A DNA stretch of 64,000 nt from Azolla caroliniana (Eukaryota; Plantae; Polypodiophyta), in NCBI GenBank assembly GCA_043228905.1, contig JBHGNT010000061.1, positions 62,001 through 126,000 of the forward strand, given 5' to 3'. Position numbers and translations under genes: made by a program. Positions 26,340 to 41,100 of this stretch are shown here, piece by piece (the first letter of the stretch is position 1; each line of letters opens with the position of its first letter). The notes below the pieces were generated by a model. That model did not search any database. It was not told the DNA's origin and was given only the letters and a program-made list of their open reading frames with translations.

Positions 26340-29300
26340 TGTGTTCAAAGATGCGAATCGAAGCTAATAACGCTACCTATAATATGGAATTAAAAAACGA
26401 ACATTTTGAAACTCAGGTCGAGAGACATGAAGAAATTGGCAAGTTAGAAGAGGGTGTTGAGAAGAGCCCGTGAGTAAATTAAAATGTTCATACCTGGCCT
26501 ATGTGATATCGGATTTTCGTGTTCAAACCTGCGATTCGAAGCTAACAACGCTACCTATGATATCGAATTAAAAAATCAAGATTTTGAAACTTAGGTCGAG
26601 AGACATGAAGAAATTACCAAATTTGAGAAGGGAGTTGAGAAGAGCGCGTGAGTAAATTAAAATGTTCATACCTGGCTCGTGTGATCCCGAATTTTTGTGT
26701 TCAAAAATGCGAATCGAAGCTAACAACACTAGCTATGATATAGAATCAAGAAATCCAGATTTTGAAACTCAGGTCGAGAGACATGAAGAAATTGGCGAGT
26801 TAGAAGAGGGAGTTGAGAACAGCCCGTGAGTAAATTAAAATGTTTATACCTGGCCTATGTGATATCGGATTTTTGTGTTCAAAGATGCGAATCGAAGCTA
26901 ACAACCCTAGCTATGATATAAAATTAAAAAATCAAGTTTTTGAAACTCAGGTCGAGAGACATGAAGAAATTACCAAATTTGAGGAGGGAGTTGAGAAGAG
27001 CGCGTGAGTAAATTAAAATGTTCATACCTGGCTCGTGTGATCCCGAATTTTTGTGTTCAAAGATGCGAATCGAAGCTAACAATGCTACCTATGATATAGA
27101 ATTAAAAAACGAACATTTTGAAACTTAGGTCGAGAGACATGAAGAAATTACCAAATTTGAGAAGGGAGTTGAGAAGAGCGCGTGAGTAAATTAAAATGTT
27201 CATACCTGGCTCGTGTGATCCCGAATTTTTGTGTTCAAAAATGCGAATCGAAGCTAACAACACTAGCTATGATATAGAATCAAGAAATCTAGATTTTGAA
27301 ACTCAGGTCGAGAGACATGAAGAATTTGGCGAGTTAGAAGAGGGAGTTGAGAACAGCCCGTGAGTAAATTAAAATGTTCATACCTGGCCTATGTGATATC
27401 GGATTTTTGTGTTCAAACCTGCGATTCGAAGCTAACAACGCTACCTATGATATGGATTTAAAAAATCAAGATTTTGAAACTCAGGTCGAGAGACATGAAG
27501 AAATTACCAAATTTGAGGAGGGAGTTGAGAAGAGCGCGTGAGTAAATTAAAATGTTCATACCTGGCTCGTGTGATCCCGAATTTTTGTGTTCAAAGATGC
27601 AAATCGAAGCTAATAACGCTACCTATAATATGGAATTAAAAAACGAACATTTTGAAACTCAGGTCGAGAGACATGAAGAAATTGGCAAGTTAGAAGAGGG
27701 TGTTGAGAAGAGCCCGTGAGTAAATTAAAATGTTCATACCTGGCCTATGTGATATCGGATTTTCGTGTTCAAACCTGCGATTCGAAGCTAACAACGCTAC
27801 CTATGATATCGAATTAAAAAATCAAGATTTTGAAACTTAGGTCGAGAGACATGAAGAAATTACCAAATTTGAGAAGGGAGTTGAGAAGAGCGCGTGAGTA
27901 AATTAAAATGTTCATACCTGGCTCGTGTGATCCCGAATTTTTGTGTTCAAAAATGCGAATCGAAGCTAACAACACTAGCTATGATATAGAATCAAGAAAT
28001 CCAGATTTTGAAACTCAGGTCGAGAGACATGAAGAAATTGGCGAGTTAGAAGAGGGAGTTGAGAACAGCCCGTGAGTAAATTAAAATGTTTATACCTGGC
28101 CTATGTGATATCGGATTTTTGTGTTCAAAGATGCGAATCGAAGCTAACAACCCTAGCTATGATATAAAATTAAAAAATCAAGTTTTTGAAACTCAGGTCG
28201 AGAGACATGAAGAAATTACCAAATTTGAGGAGGGAGTTGAGAAGAGCGCGTGAGTAAATTAAAATGTTCATACCTGGCTCGTGTGATCCCGAATTTTTGT
28301 GTTCAAAGATGCGAATCGAAGCTAACAATGCTACCTATGATATAGAATTAAAAAACGAACATTTTGAAACTTAGGTCGAGAGACATGAAGAAATTACCAA
28401 ATTTGAGAAGGGAGTTGAGAAGAGCGCGTGAGTAAATTAAAATGTTCATACCTGGCTCGTGTGATCCCGAATTTTTGTGTTCAAAAATGCGAATCGAAGC
28501 TAACAACACTAGCTATGATATAGAATCAAGAAATCTAGATTTTGAAACTCAGGTCGAGAGACATGAAGAATTTGGCGAGTTAGAAGAGGAAGTTGAGAAC
28601 AGCCCGTGAGTAAATTAAAATGTTCATACCTGGCCTATGTGATATCGGATTTTTGTGTTCAAACCTGCGATTCGAAGCTAACAACGCTACCTATGATATG
28701 GATTTAAAAAATCAAGATTTTGAAACTCAGGTCGAGAGACATGAAGAAATTACCAAATTTGAGGAGGGAGTTGAGAAGAGCGCGTGAGTAAATTAAAATG
28801 TTCATACCTGGCTCGTGTGATCCCGAATTTTTGTGTTCAAAGATGCGAATCGAAGCTAATAACGCTACCTATAATATGGAATTAAAAAACGAACATTTTG
28901 AAACTCAGGTCGAGAGACATGAAGAAATTGGCAAGTTAGAAGAGGGTGTTGAGAAGAGCCCGTGAGTAAATTAAAATGTTCATACCTGGCCTATGTGATA
29001 TCGGATTTTCGTGTTCAAACCTGCGATTCGAAGCTAACAACGCTACCTATGATATCGAATTAAAAAATCAAGATTTTGAAACTCAGGTCGAGAGACATGA
29101 AGAAATTACCAAATTTGAGAAGGGAGTTGAGAAGAGCGCGTGAGTAAATTAAAATGTTCATACCTGGCTCGTGTGATCCCGAATTTTTGTGTTCAAAAAT
29201 GCGAATCGAAGCTAACAACACTAGCTATGATATAGAATCAAGAAATCCAGATTTTGAAACTCAGGTCGAGAGACATGAAGAAATTGGCGAGTTAGAAGAG

Positions 29301-30200
29301 GGAGTTGAGAACAGCCCGTGAGTAAATTAAAATGTTTATACCTGGCCTATGTGATATCGGATTTTTGTGTTCAAAGATGCGAATCGAAGCTAACAACCCT
29401 AGCTATGATATAAAATTAAAAAATCAAGTTTTTGAAACTCAGGTCGAGAGACATGAAGAAATTACCAAATTTGAGGAGGGAGTTGAGAAGAGCGCGTGAG
29501 TAAATTAAAATGTTCATACCTGGCTCGTGTGATCCCGAATTTTTGTGTTCAAAGATGCGAATCGAAGCTAACAATGCTACCTATGATATAGAATTAAAAA
29601 ACGAACATTTTGAAACTTAGGTCGAGAGACATGAAGAAATTACCAAATTTGAGAAGGGAGTTGAGAAGAGCGCGTGAGTAAATTAAAATGTTCATACCTG
29701 GCTCGTGTGATCCCGAATTTTTGTGTTCAAAAATGCGAATCGAAGCTAACAACACTAGCTATGATATAGAATCAAGAAATCTAGATTTTGAAACTCAGGT
29801 CGAGAGACATGAAGAATTTGGCGAGTTAGAAGAGGGAGTTGAGAACAGCCCGTGAGTAAATTAAAATGTTCATACCTGGCCTATGTGATATCGGATTTTT
29901 GTGTTCAAACCTGCGATTCGAAGCTAACAACGCTACCTATGATATGGATTTAAAAAATCAAGATTTTGAAACTCAGGTCGAGAGACATGAAGAAATTACC
30001 AAATTTGAGGAGGGAGTTGAGAAGAGCGCGTGAGTAAATTAAAATGTTCATACCTGGCTCGTGTGATCCCGAATTTTTGTGTTCAAAGATGCGAATCGAA
30101 GCTAATAACGCTACCTATAATATGGAATTAAAAAACGAACATTTTGAAACTCAGGTCGAGAGACATGAAGAAATTGGCAAGTTAGAAGAGGGTGTTGAGA
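26340..30200 (+). repeat. 7-monomer (1246-bp) higher-order repeat, ~3 copies
   Basis: The rare variant ATCAAGTTTTT occurs at 26931, 28177 and 29423 (spacing 1246 = 7 x 178). AACGAACATTTT, TGTTTATACC and GAAGAATTTGGC variants co-recur. Confidence 0.88.
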
Positions 30201-33200
30201 AGAGCCTGTGAGTAAATTAAAATGTTCATACCTAGCTCGTGTGATATCGGATTTTTGTGTTCAAAGATGCGATTCGAAGCTAACAACGCTACCTATAATA
30301 TGGAATTAAGAAATCAAGATTTTGAAACTCAGGTCGAGAGACATGAAGAAATTACCAAATTTGACGAGGGAGTTGAGAAGAGGGCGTGAGTAAATTAAAA
30401 TGTTCATACCTGGCTCGTGTGATCCCGCATTTCTGTGTTCAAAGATGTGAATCGAAGCTAACAATGCTAGCTATGATATAGAATTAAAAAATCAAGATTT
30501 TGAAACTCAGGTCGACGGACATGAAGAAATTACCAAATTTGACGAGGGAGTTGAGAAGAGCGCGTGAGTAAATTAAAATGTTCATACCTGGCTCTTGTGA
30601 TCCCAAATTTTTGTGTTCAAAGATGCGAATCGAAGCTAACAACACTAGCTATGATATAGAATCAAAATATCCAGATTTTGAAACTCAGGTCGACAGACAT
30701 GAAGAAATTGGCAAGTTAGAAGAGGGATTTGAGAAGAGCCTGTGAGTAAATTAAAATGTTCATACCTGGCTCGTGTGATCCTGGATTTTTGTGTTCAAAG
30801 ATGCCAAATCGAAGTTAACAACACTGGCTATGATGTAGAATAAAAAAATCAAGATTTTAAAACTCAGTTCGAGAGACATTAAGAAATTGGCAAGTTAGAA
30901 GAGGGAGTTGAGAAGAGCGCGTGAGTAAATTAAAATGTTCATACCTGGCTCGTGTAATATCGGATTTTTGTGTTCAAACATGGGAATTGAAGCTAACAAC
31001 GTTACCTATGATATGGAATGAAAAAATCAAGATTTTGAAACTCAGGTCGAGAGACATGAAGAAATTACCAAATTGGAGGAGGGAGTTGAGAAGAGCGCGT
31101 GAGTAAATTAAAATGTTCATACCTGGCTCGTGTTTTCCCGGATTTCTGTGTTCAAAGATGCGAATCGAAACTAACAGTGCTACCTATGATATGGAATTTA
31201 AAAATCAAGATTTTGAAACTCAGGTCGAGAGACATGAAGAAATTACCAAATTTGAGGAGGGAGTTGAGAAGAGCGCGTGAGTAAATTAAAATGTTCATAT
31301 CTAGCTCGTGTAATATCAGATTTTTGTGTTCAAAGATGCAAATGGAAGGTACCAATGCTACCTATAATATGGAAATAAAAAATCGAGGTTTTGAAAGTCA
31401 CGTCAAGAGATATAAAGAAAGTACCAAATTTGAGCAAGAGGTTGAGAAGAGCCCGTGAGTAAATTAAAATGATCATACCTGGCCCATGTGATCTTGGATT
31501 TTAGTGTTCAAAGATGCGAATCGAAGCTAACGACGTTACATACAATATGGAATTAAAAAATCGAAATTTTGAAACTCAGGTCGAGAGACATGAAGAAATT
31601 GGCAAGTTAGAAGAGGGAGTTGAGAAGAGCGCCTGAGTAAATTAAAATGTTCATACCTGGCCCATGTGATCCCGGATTTCTGTATTCAAAGTTGCGAATC
31701 CTAGCTAACAACACTAGCTATGATATAGAATCAAAAAATCAAGATTTTGAAACTCATGTCAAGAAACATGAAGAAATTACCAAATTTGAGGAGGGTGTTG
31801 AGAAGAGCGCATGAGTAAATTAAAATGTTCATACCTAGCTTGTGTGATATCGGATATTTGTGTTCAAACATGCGAATCGAAGCTAAAAACGCTACCTATG
31901 ATATCGAATTAAAAAATCAAGATTTTGAAACTCAGGTCGAGAGACATGAAGAAATTACCAAATTTGACAAGGGAGTTGAGAAGAGCGCGTGAGTAAATTA
32001 AAATGTTCATACCTGGCTCGTGTCATATCGGATTTCTGTGTTCAAACATACGAATCGAAGCTAACCACACTACCTATGATATAGAATCAAAAAATCAAAA
32101 TTCTGAAACTCAGGTCGAGGGACATGAAGAAATTACCAAATTTGACGAGCGAGTCGAGAAGAGCGCGTGAGTAAATTAAAATGTTCATACCTTGCTCGTG
32201 TGATCCCGAATTTTTGTGTTTAAAGATGCGAATCGAAGCTAACAACACTAGCTATGATATAGAATGAAGAAATCGAGATTTTGAAACTCAGGTCGAGAGA
32301 CATGAAGAAATTACCAAATTTGAGGACGGAGTTGAGAAGAGCGCGTGAGTAAATTAAAATGTTCATACCTGGCTCGTGTCATATCGGATTTTTGTGTTCA
32401 AACATGCGAATCGAAGCTAACAACACTAGCTATGATATAGAATCAAAAAATCAAGATTCTGAAACTCAGGTCGAGTGACATGAAGAAATTACCAAATTTG
32501 ACGAGGGAGTTGAGAAGAGCGCGTGATTAAATTAAAATGTTCATACCTGGCTCCTGTGGTCCCGAATTTTTGTGTTCAAAGATGCGAATCGAAGCTAACA
32601 ACCCTAGCTATGATATAGAATGAAGAAATCGAGATTTTGAAACTCAGGTCGAGAGACATGAAGAAATTGGCAAGTTAGAAGAGGGAGTTGAGAAGAGCGC
32701 GTGAGTAAATTAAAATGTTCATACCTGGCTCGTGTCATCCCAGATTTTTGTGTTCAAAGATGCGAATCGAAGCTAACAACACTAGCTATGATATAGAATT
32801 AAAAAATCAAGATTTTGAAACTCAGGTCGAGAGACATGAAGAAATTACCAAATTTGACGAGGGAGTTGAGAAGAGCGCGTGAGTAAATTAAAATGTTCAT
32901 ACCTGGCTCGTGTGCTATCGGATTTCTATACTCAAACATGCGAATCGAAGCTAACAACGCTACCTATGATATGGAATTAAAAAATCAAGATTTTGAAACT
33001 CAGGTCGAGAGACATGAAGAAATTACCAAATTTGACGAGGGAGTTGAGAAGAGCGCGTGAGTAAATTAAAATGTTCATACCTGGCTCGTGTGGTATCGGA
33101 TTTTAGTGTTCAAAGATGCGAATCGAAGCTAATAACGCTACCTATAATATGGAATTAAAAAACGAACATTTTGAAACTCAGGTCGAGAGACATGAAGAAA

Positions 33201-36200
33201 TTGGCAAGTTAGAAGAGGGTGTTGAGAAGAGCCCGTGAGTAAATTAAAATGTTCATACCTGGCCTATGTGATATCGGATTTTCGTGTTCAAACCTGCGAT
33301 TCGAAGCTAACAACGCTACCTATGATATCGAATTAAAAAATCAAGATTTTGAAACTCAGGTCGAGAGACATGAAGAAATTACCAAATTTGAGAAGGGAGT
33401 TGAGAAGAGCGCGTGAGTAAATTAAAATGTTCATACCTGGCTCGTGTGATCCCGAATTTTTGTGTTCAAAAATGCGAATCGAAGCTAACAACACTAGCTA
33501 TGATATAGAATCAAGAAATCCAGATTTTGAAACTCGGGTCGAGAGACATGAAGAAATTGGCGAGTTAGAAGAGGGAGTTGAGAACAGCCCGTGAGTAAAT
33601 TAAAATGTTTATACCTGGCCTATGTGATATCGGATTTTTGTGTTCAAAGATGCGAATCGAAGCTAACAACCCTAGCTATGATATAAAATTAAAAAATCAA
33701 GTTTTTGAAACTCAGGTCGAGAGACATGAAGAAATTACCAAATTTGAGGAGGGAGTTGAGAAGAGCGCGTGAGTAAATTAAAATGTTCATACCTGGCTCG
33801 TGTGATCCCGAATTTTTGTGTTCAAAGATGCGAATCGAAGCTAACAATGCTACCTATGATATAGAATTAAAAAACGAACATTTTGAAACTTAGGTCGAGA
33901 GACATGAAGAAATTACCAAATTTGAGAAGGGAGTTGAGAAGAGCGCGTGAGTAAATTAAAATGTTCATACCTGGCTCGTGTGATCCCGAATTTTTGTGTT
34001 CAAAAATGCGAATCGAAGCTAACAACACTAGCTATGATATAGAATCAAGAAATCTAGATTTTGAAACTCAGGTCGAGAGACATGAAGAATTTGGCGAGTT
34101 AGAAGAGGGAGTTGAGAACAGCCCGTGAGTAAATTAAAATGTTCATACCTGGCCTATGTGATATCGGATTTTTGTGTTCAAACCTGCGATTCGAAGCTAA
34201 CAACGCTACCTATGATATGGATTTAAAAAATCAAGATTTTGAAACTCAGGTCGAGAGACATGAAGAAATTACCAAATTTGAGGAGGGAGTTGAGAAGAGC
34301 GCGTGAGTAAATTAAAATGTTCATACCTGGCTCGTGTGATCCCGAATTTTTGTGTTCAAAGATGCGAATCGAAGCTAATAACGCTACCTATAATATGGAA
34401 TTAAAAAACGAACATTTTGAAACTCAGGTCGAGAGACATGAAGAAATTGGCAAGTTAGAAGAGGGTGTTGAGAAGAGCCTGTGAGTAAATTAAAATGTTC
34501 ATACCTAGCTCGTGTGATATCGGATTTTTGTGTTCAAAGATGCGATTCGAAGCTAACAACGCTACCTATAATATGGAATTAAGAAATCAAGATTTTGAAA
34601 CTCAGGTCGAGAGACATGAAGAAATTACCAAATTTGACGAGGGAGTTGAGAAGAGGGCGTGAGTAAATTAAAATGTTCATACCTGGCTCGTGTGATCCCG
34701 CATTTCTGTGTTCAAAGATGTGAATCGAAGCTAACAATGCTAGCTATGATATAGAATTAAAAAATCAAGATTTTGAAACTCAGGTCGACGGACATGAAGA
34801 AATTACCAAATTTGACGAGGGAGTTGAGAAGAGCGCGTGAGTAAATTAAAATGTTCATACCTGGCTCTTGTGATCCCAAATTTTTGTGTTCAAAGATGCG
34901 AATCGAAGCTAACAACACTAGCTATGATATAGAATCAAAATATCCAGATTTTGAAACTCAGGTCGACAGACATGAAGAAATTGGCAAGTTAGAAGAGGGA
35001 TTTGAGAAGAGCCTGTGAGTAAATTAAAATGTTCATACCTGGCTCGTGTGATCCTGGATTTTTGTGTTCAAAGATGCCAAATCGAAGTTAACAACACTGG
35101 CTATGATGTAGAATAAAAAAATCAAGATTTTAAAACTCAGTTCGAGAGACATTAAGAAATTGGCAAGTTAGAAGAGGGAGTTGAGAAGAGCGCGTGAGTA
35201 AATTAAAATGTTCATACCTGGCTCGTGTAATATCGGATTTTTGTGTTCAAACATGGGAATTGAAGCTAACAACGTTACCTATGATATGGAATGAAAAAAT
35301 CAAGATTTTGAAACTCAGGTCGAGAGACATGAAGAAATTACCAAATTGGAGGAGGGAGTTGAGAAGAGCGCGTGAGTAAATTAAAATGTTCATACCTGGC
35401 TCGTGTTTTCCCGGATTTCTGTGTTCAAAGATGCGAATCGAAACTAACAGTGCTACCTATGATATGGAATTTAAAAATCAAGATTTTGAAACTCAGGTCG
35501 AGAGACATGAAGAAATTACCAAATTTGAGGAGGGAGTTGAGAAGAGCGCGTGAGTAAATTAAAATGTTCATATCTAGCTCGTGTAATATCAGATTTTTGT
35601 GTTCAAAGATGCAAATGGAAGGTACCAATGCTACCTATAATATGGAAATAAAAAATCGAGGTTTTGAAAGTCACGTCAAGAGATATAAAGAAAGTACCAA
35701 ATTTGAGCAAGAGGTTGAGAAGAGCCCGTGAGTAAATTAAAATGATCATACCTGGCCCATGTGATCTTGGATTTTAGTGTTCAAAGATGCGAATCGAAGC
35801 TAACGACGTTACATACAATATGGAATTAAAAAATCGAAATTTTGAAACTCAGGTCGAGAGACATGAAGAAATTGGCAAGTTAGAAGAGGGAGTTGAGAAG
35901 AGCGCCTGAGTAAATTAAAATGTTCATACCTGGCCCATGTGATCCCGGATTTCTGTATTCAAAGTTGCGAATCCTAGCTAACAACACTAGCTATGATATA
36001 GAATCAAAAAATCAAGATTTTGAAACTCATGTCAAGAAACATGAAGAAATTACCAAATTTGAGGAGGGTGTTGAGAAGAGCGCATGAGTAAATTAAAATG
36101 TTCATACCTAGCTTGTGTGATATCGGATATTTGTGTTCAAACATGCGAATCGAAGCTAAAAACGCTACCTATGATATCGAATTAAAAAATCAAGATTTTG

Positions 36201-37418
36201 AAACTCAGGTCGAGAGACATGAAGAAATTACCAAATTTGACAAGGGAGTTGAGAAGAGCGCGTGAGTAAATTAAAATGTTCATACCTGGCTCGTGTCATA
36301 TCGGATTTCTGTGTTCAAACATACGAATCGAAGCTAACCACACTACCTATGATATAGAATCAAAAAATCAAAATTCTGAAACTCAGGTCGAGGGACATGA
36401 AGAAATTACCAAATTTGACGAGCGAGTCGAGAAGAGCGCGTGAGTAAATTAAAATGTTCATACCTTGCTCGTGTGATCCCGAATTTTTGTGTTTAAAGAT
36501 GCGAATCGAAGCTAACAACACTAGCTATGATATAGAATGAAGAAATCGAGATTTTGAAACTCAGGTCGAGAGACATGAAGAAATTACCAAATTTGAGGAC
36601 GGAGTTGAGAAGAGCGCGTGAGTAAATTAAAATGTTCATACCTGGCTCGTGTCATATCGGATTTTTGTGTTCAAACATGCGAATCGAAGCTAACAACACT
36701 AGCTATGATATAGAATCAAAAAATCAAGATTCTGAAACTCAGGTCGAGTGACATGAAGAAATTACCAAATTTGACGAGGGAGTTGAGAAGAGCGCGTGAT
36801 TAAATTAAAATGTTCATACCTGGCTCCTGTGGTCCCGAATTTTTGTGTTCAAAGATGCGAATCGAAGCTAACAACCCTAGCTATGATATAGAATGAAGAA
36901 ATCGAGATTTTGAAACTCAGGTCGAGAGACATGAAGAAATTGGCAAGTTAGAAGAGGGAGTTGAGAAGAGCGCGTGAGTAAATTAAAATGTTCATACCTG
37001 GCTCGTGTCATCCCAGATTTTTGTGTTCAAAGATGCGAATCGAAGCTAACAACACTAGCTATGATATAGAATTAAAAAATCAAGATTTTGAAACTCAGGT
37101 CGAGAGACATGAAGAAATTACCAAATTTGACGAGGGAGTTGAGAAGAGCGCGTGAGTAAATTAAAATGTTCATACCTGGCTCGTGTGCTATCGGATTTCT
37201 ATACTCAAACATGCGAATCGAAGCTAACAACGCTACCTATGATATGGAATTAAAAAATCAAGATTTTGAAACTCAGGTCGAGAGACATGAAGAAATTACC
37301 AAATTTGACGAGGGAGTTGAGAAGAGCGCGTGAGTAAATTAAAATGTTCATACCTGGCTCGTGTGGTATCGGATTTTAGTGTTCAAAGATGCGAATCGAA
37401 GCTAATAACGCTACCTAT
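28833..37418 (+). repeat. Near-identical 4273-bp (24-monomer) tandem duplication
   Basis: Identical pseudo-ORFs at 30921/35194, 31099/35372 and 31152/35425 (offset 4273). Private variants such as GGTACCAATG and GAATCCTAGC occur in both copies. The breakpoint falls within ~33106-33145. Confidence 0.92.
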
Positions 37419-38199
37419 GATATGGAATTAAAAAATCGACATTTTGAAACTCAGGTCAAGAGACATGAAGAAATTACCAAATTTGAGGAGGGAGTTGAGA
37501 AGAGCGCGTGAGTAAATTAAAATGTTCATACCTGGCTCGTGTGATCCCGGATTTCTGTGTTCAAAGATGCGAATCGAAGCTAACAACCCTAGCTATGATA
37601 TAGAATGAAGAAATCGAGATTTTGAAACTCAGGTCGAGAGACATGAAGAAATTGGCAAGTTAGAAGAGGGAGTTGAGAAGAGCGCGTGAGTAAATTAAAA
37701 TGTTCATACCTGGCTCGTGTCATCCCAGATTTTTGTGTTCAAAGATGCGAATCGAAGCTAACAACACTAGCTATGATATAGAATTAAAAAATCAAGATTT
37801 TGAAACTCAGGTCGAGAGACATGAAGAAATTACCAAATTTGACGAGGGAGTTGAGAAGAGCGCGTGAGTAAATTAAAATGTTCATACCTGGCTCGTGTGC
37901 TATCGGATTTCTATACTCAAACATGCGAATCGAAGCTAACAACACTACCTATGATATGGAATTAAAAATTCAAGATTTTGAAACTCAGGTCGAGAGACAT
38001 GAAGAAATTACCGAATTTGAGGAGGGAGTTGAGAAGAGCGCGTGAGTAAATTAAAATGTTCATACCTGGCTCGTGTGATATCGGATTTTAGTGTTCAAAG
38101 ATGCGAATCGAAGCTAATAACGCTACCTATGATATGGAATTAAAAAATCGAGATTTTGAAACTCAGGTCGAAAGACATGAAGAAATTACCAAATTTGAG

Positions 38200-41100
38200 G
38201 AGGGAGTTGAGAAGAGCGCGTGAGTAAATTAAAATGTTCATACCTGGCTCGTGTGATCCCGGATTTCTGTGTTCAAAGATGCGAATCGAAGCTAACAACG
38301 CTACCTATAATATGGAATTAAGAAATCGAGATTTTGAAACTCAGGTCGAGAGACATGAAGAAATTACCAAATTTGAAGAGGGAGTTGAGAAGAACGCGTG
38401 AGTAAATTAAAATGCTCATACCTAGCTCGTGTGATCCCGGATTTTTGTGTTCAAAGATGCTAATCGAAGCTAACAATGCTACCTATGATATGGATTTAAA
38501 AAATCAAGATTTTAAAACTCAGGTCGAGAGACATGAAGAAATTACCAAATTTGAGGAGGGAGTTGAAAAGAGCGCGTGAGTAAATTAAAATGTTCATACG
38601 TGGCTCGTGTGATCCCGGATTTTTGTGTTCAAAGATTCGAATGGAAGCAAACAATACTAGCTATGATATAGAATCAAAAAATTAAGATTTTGAAACTCAG
38701 GTCGAGAGACATGAAGAAATTGGCAAGTTAGAAGAGGGAGTTGAGAAGAGCGCGTGAGTAAATTAAAATGTTCATACCTGGCTCGTGTGATCCCAGATTT
38801 TCGTGTTCAAAGATGCGAATCGAAGCTAACAACCCTAGCTATGATATAGAATTAAAAAATCAAGATTTTGAAACTCAGGTCGAGAGACATGAAGAAATTA
38901 CCAAATTTGACGAGGCAGTTGAGAAGAGCGCGTGAGTAAATTAAAATGTTCATACCTGGCTCGTGTGTTATCGGATTTCTATATTCAAACATGCGAATCG
39001 AAGCTAACAACGCTACCTATGATATGGAATTAAAAAATCAAGATTTTGAAACTCAGGTCGAGAGACATGAAGAAATTACCAAATTTGAGGAGGGAGTTGA
39101 GAAGAGCGCGTGAGTAAATTAAAATGTTCATACCTGGCTCGTGTGATATCGGATTTTAGTGTTCAAAGATGCGAATCGAAGCTAATAACGCTACCTATGA
39201 TATGGAATTAAAAAATTGAGATTTTGAAACTCAGGTCGAGAGACATGAAGAAATTACCAAATTTGAAGAGGGAGTTGAGAAGAGCGCGTGAGTAAATTAA
39301 AATGCTCATACCTACCTCGTGTGATCCCGGATTTTTGTGTTCAAAGATGCTAATCGAAGCTAACAATGCTAGCTATGATATAGAATTAAAAAATCAAGAT
39401 TTTAAAACTCAGGTCGAGAGACATGAAGAAATTACCAAATTTGAGGAGGGAGTTGAAAAGAGCGCGTGAGTAAATTAAAATGTTCATACGTGGCTCGTGT
39501 GATCCCGGATTTTTGTGTTCAAAGATTCGAATGGAAGCAAACAATACTAGTTATGATATAGAATCAAAAAATCAAGATTTTGAAACTCAGGTCGAGAGAC
39601 ATTAAGAAATTGGCAAGTTAGAACAGGGAGTTGAGAAGAGCGCGTGAGTAAATTAAAATGTTCATACCTGGCTCGTGTGATCCCAGATTTTTGTGTTCAA
39701 AGATGCGAATCGAAGCTAACAACCCTAGCTATGATATAGAATTAAAAAATCAAGATTTTGAAACTCAGGTCGAGAGACATGAAGAAATTACCAAATTTGA
39801 CGAGGGAGTTGAGAAGAGCGCGTGAGTAAATTAAAATGTTCATACCTGGCTCGTGTGTTATCGGATTTCTATATTCAAACATACGAATCGAAGCTAACAA
39901 CGCTACCTATGATATGGAATTAAAAAATCAAGATTTTGAAACTCAGGTCGAGAGACATGAAGAAATTACCAAATTTGAGGAGGGAGTTGAGAAGAGCGCG
40001 TGAGTAAATTAAAATGTTTATACCTGGCTCGTGTGATATCGGATTTTAGTGTTCAAAGATGCGAATCGAAGCTAATAACGCTACCTATGATATGGAATTA
40101 AAAAATCGACATTTTGAAACTCAGGTCGAAAGGCATGAAGAAATTACCAAATTTGAGGAGGGAGTTGAGAAGAGCGCGTGAGTAAATTAAAATGTTCATA
40201 CCTGGCTCGTGTGATCCCGGATTTCTGTGTTCAAAGATGTGAATCGAAGCTAACAACGCTACCTATAATATGGAATTAAGAAATCGAGATTTTGAAACTC
40301 AGGTCGAGAGACATGAAGAAATTACCAAATTTGAAGAGGGAGTTGAGAAGAGCGCGTGAGTAAATTAAAATGCTCATACCTAGCTCGTGTGATCCCGGAT
40401 TTTTGTGTTCAAAGATGCTAATCGAAGCTAACAATGCTAGCTATGATATAGAATTAAAAAATCAAGATTTTAAAACTCAGGTCGAGAGACATGAAGAAAT
40501 TACCAAATTTGAGGAGGGAGTTGAAAAGAGCGCGTGAGTAAATTAAAATGTTCATACGTGGCTCGTGTGATCCCGGATTTTTGTGTTTAAAGATTCGAAT
40601 CGAAGCAAACAATACAAGCTATGATATAAAATCAAAAAATCAAGATTTTGAAACTCAGGTCGAGAGACATGAAGAAATTGGCAAGTTAGAAGAGGGAGTT
40701 GAGAAGAGCGCGTGAGTAAATTAAAATGTTCATACCTGGCTCGTGTGATCCCAGATTTTTGTGTTCAAAGATGCGAATCGAAGCTAACAACCCTAGCTAT
40801 GATATAGAATTAAAAAATCAAGATTTTGAAACTCAGGTCGAGAGACATGAAGAAATTACCAAATTTGACGAGGGAGTTGAGAAGAGCGCGTGAGTAAATT
40901 AAAATGTTCATACCTGGCTCGTGTGTTATCGGATTTCTATATTCAAACATGCGAATCGAAGCTAACAACACTACCTATGATATGGAATTAAAAATTCAAG
41001 ATTTTGAAACTCAGGTCGAGAGACATGAAGAAATTACCAAATTTGAGGAGGGAGTTGAGAAGAGCGCGTGAGTAAATTAAAATGTTCATACCTGGCTCGT

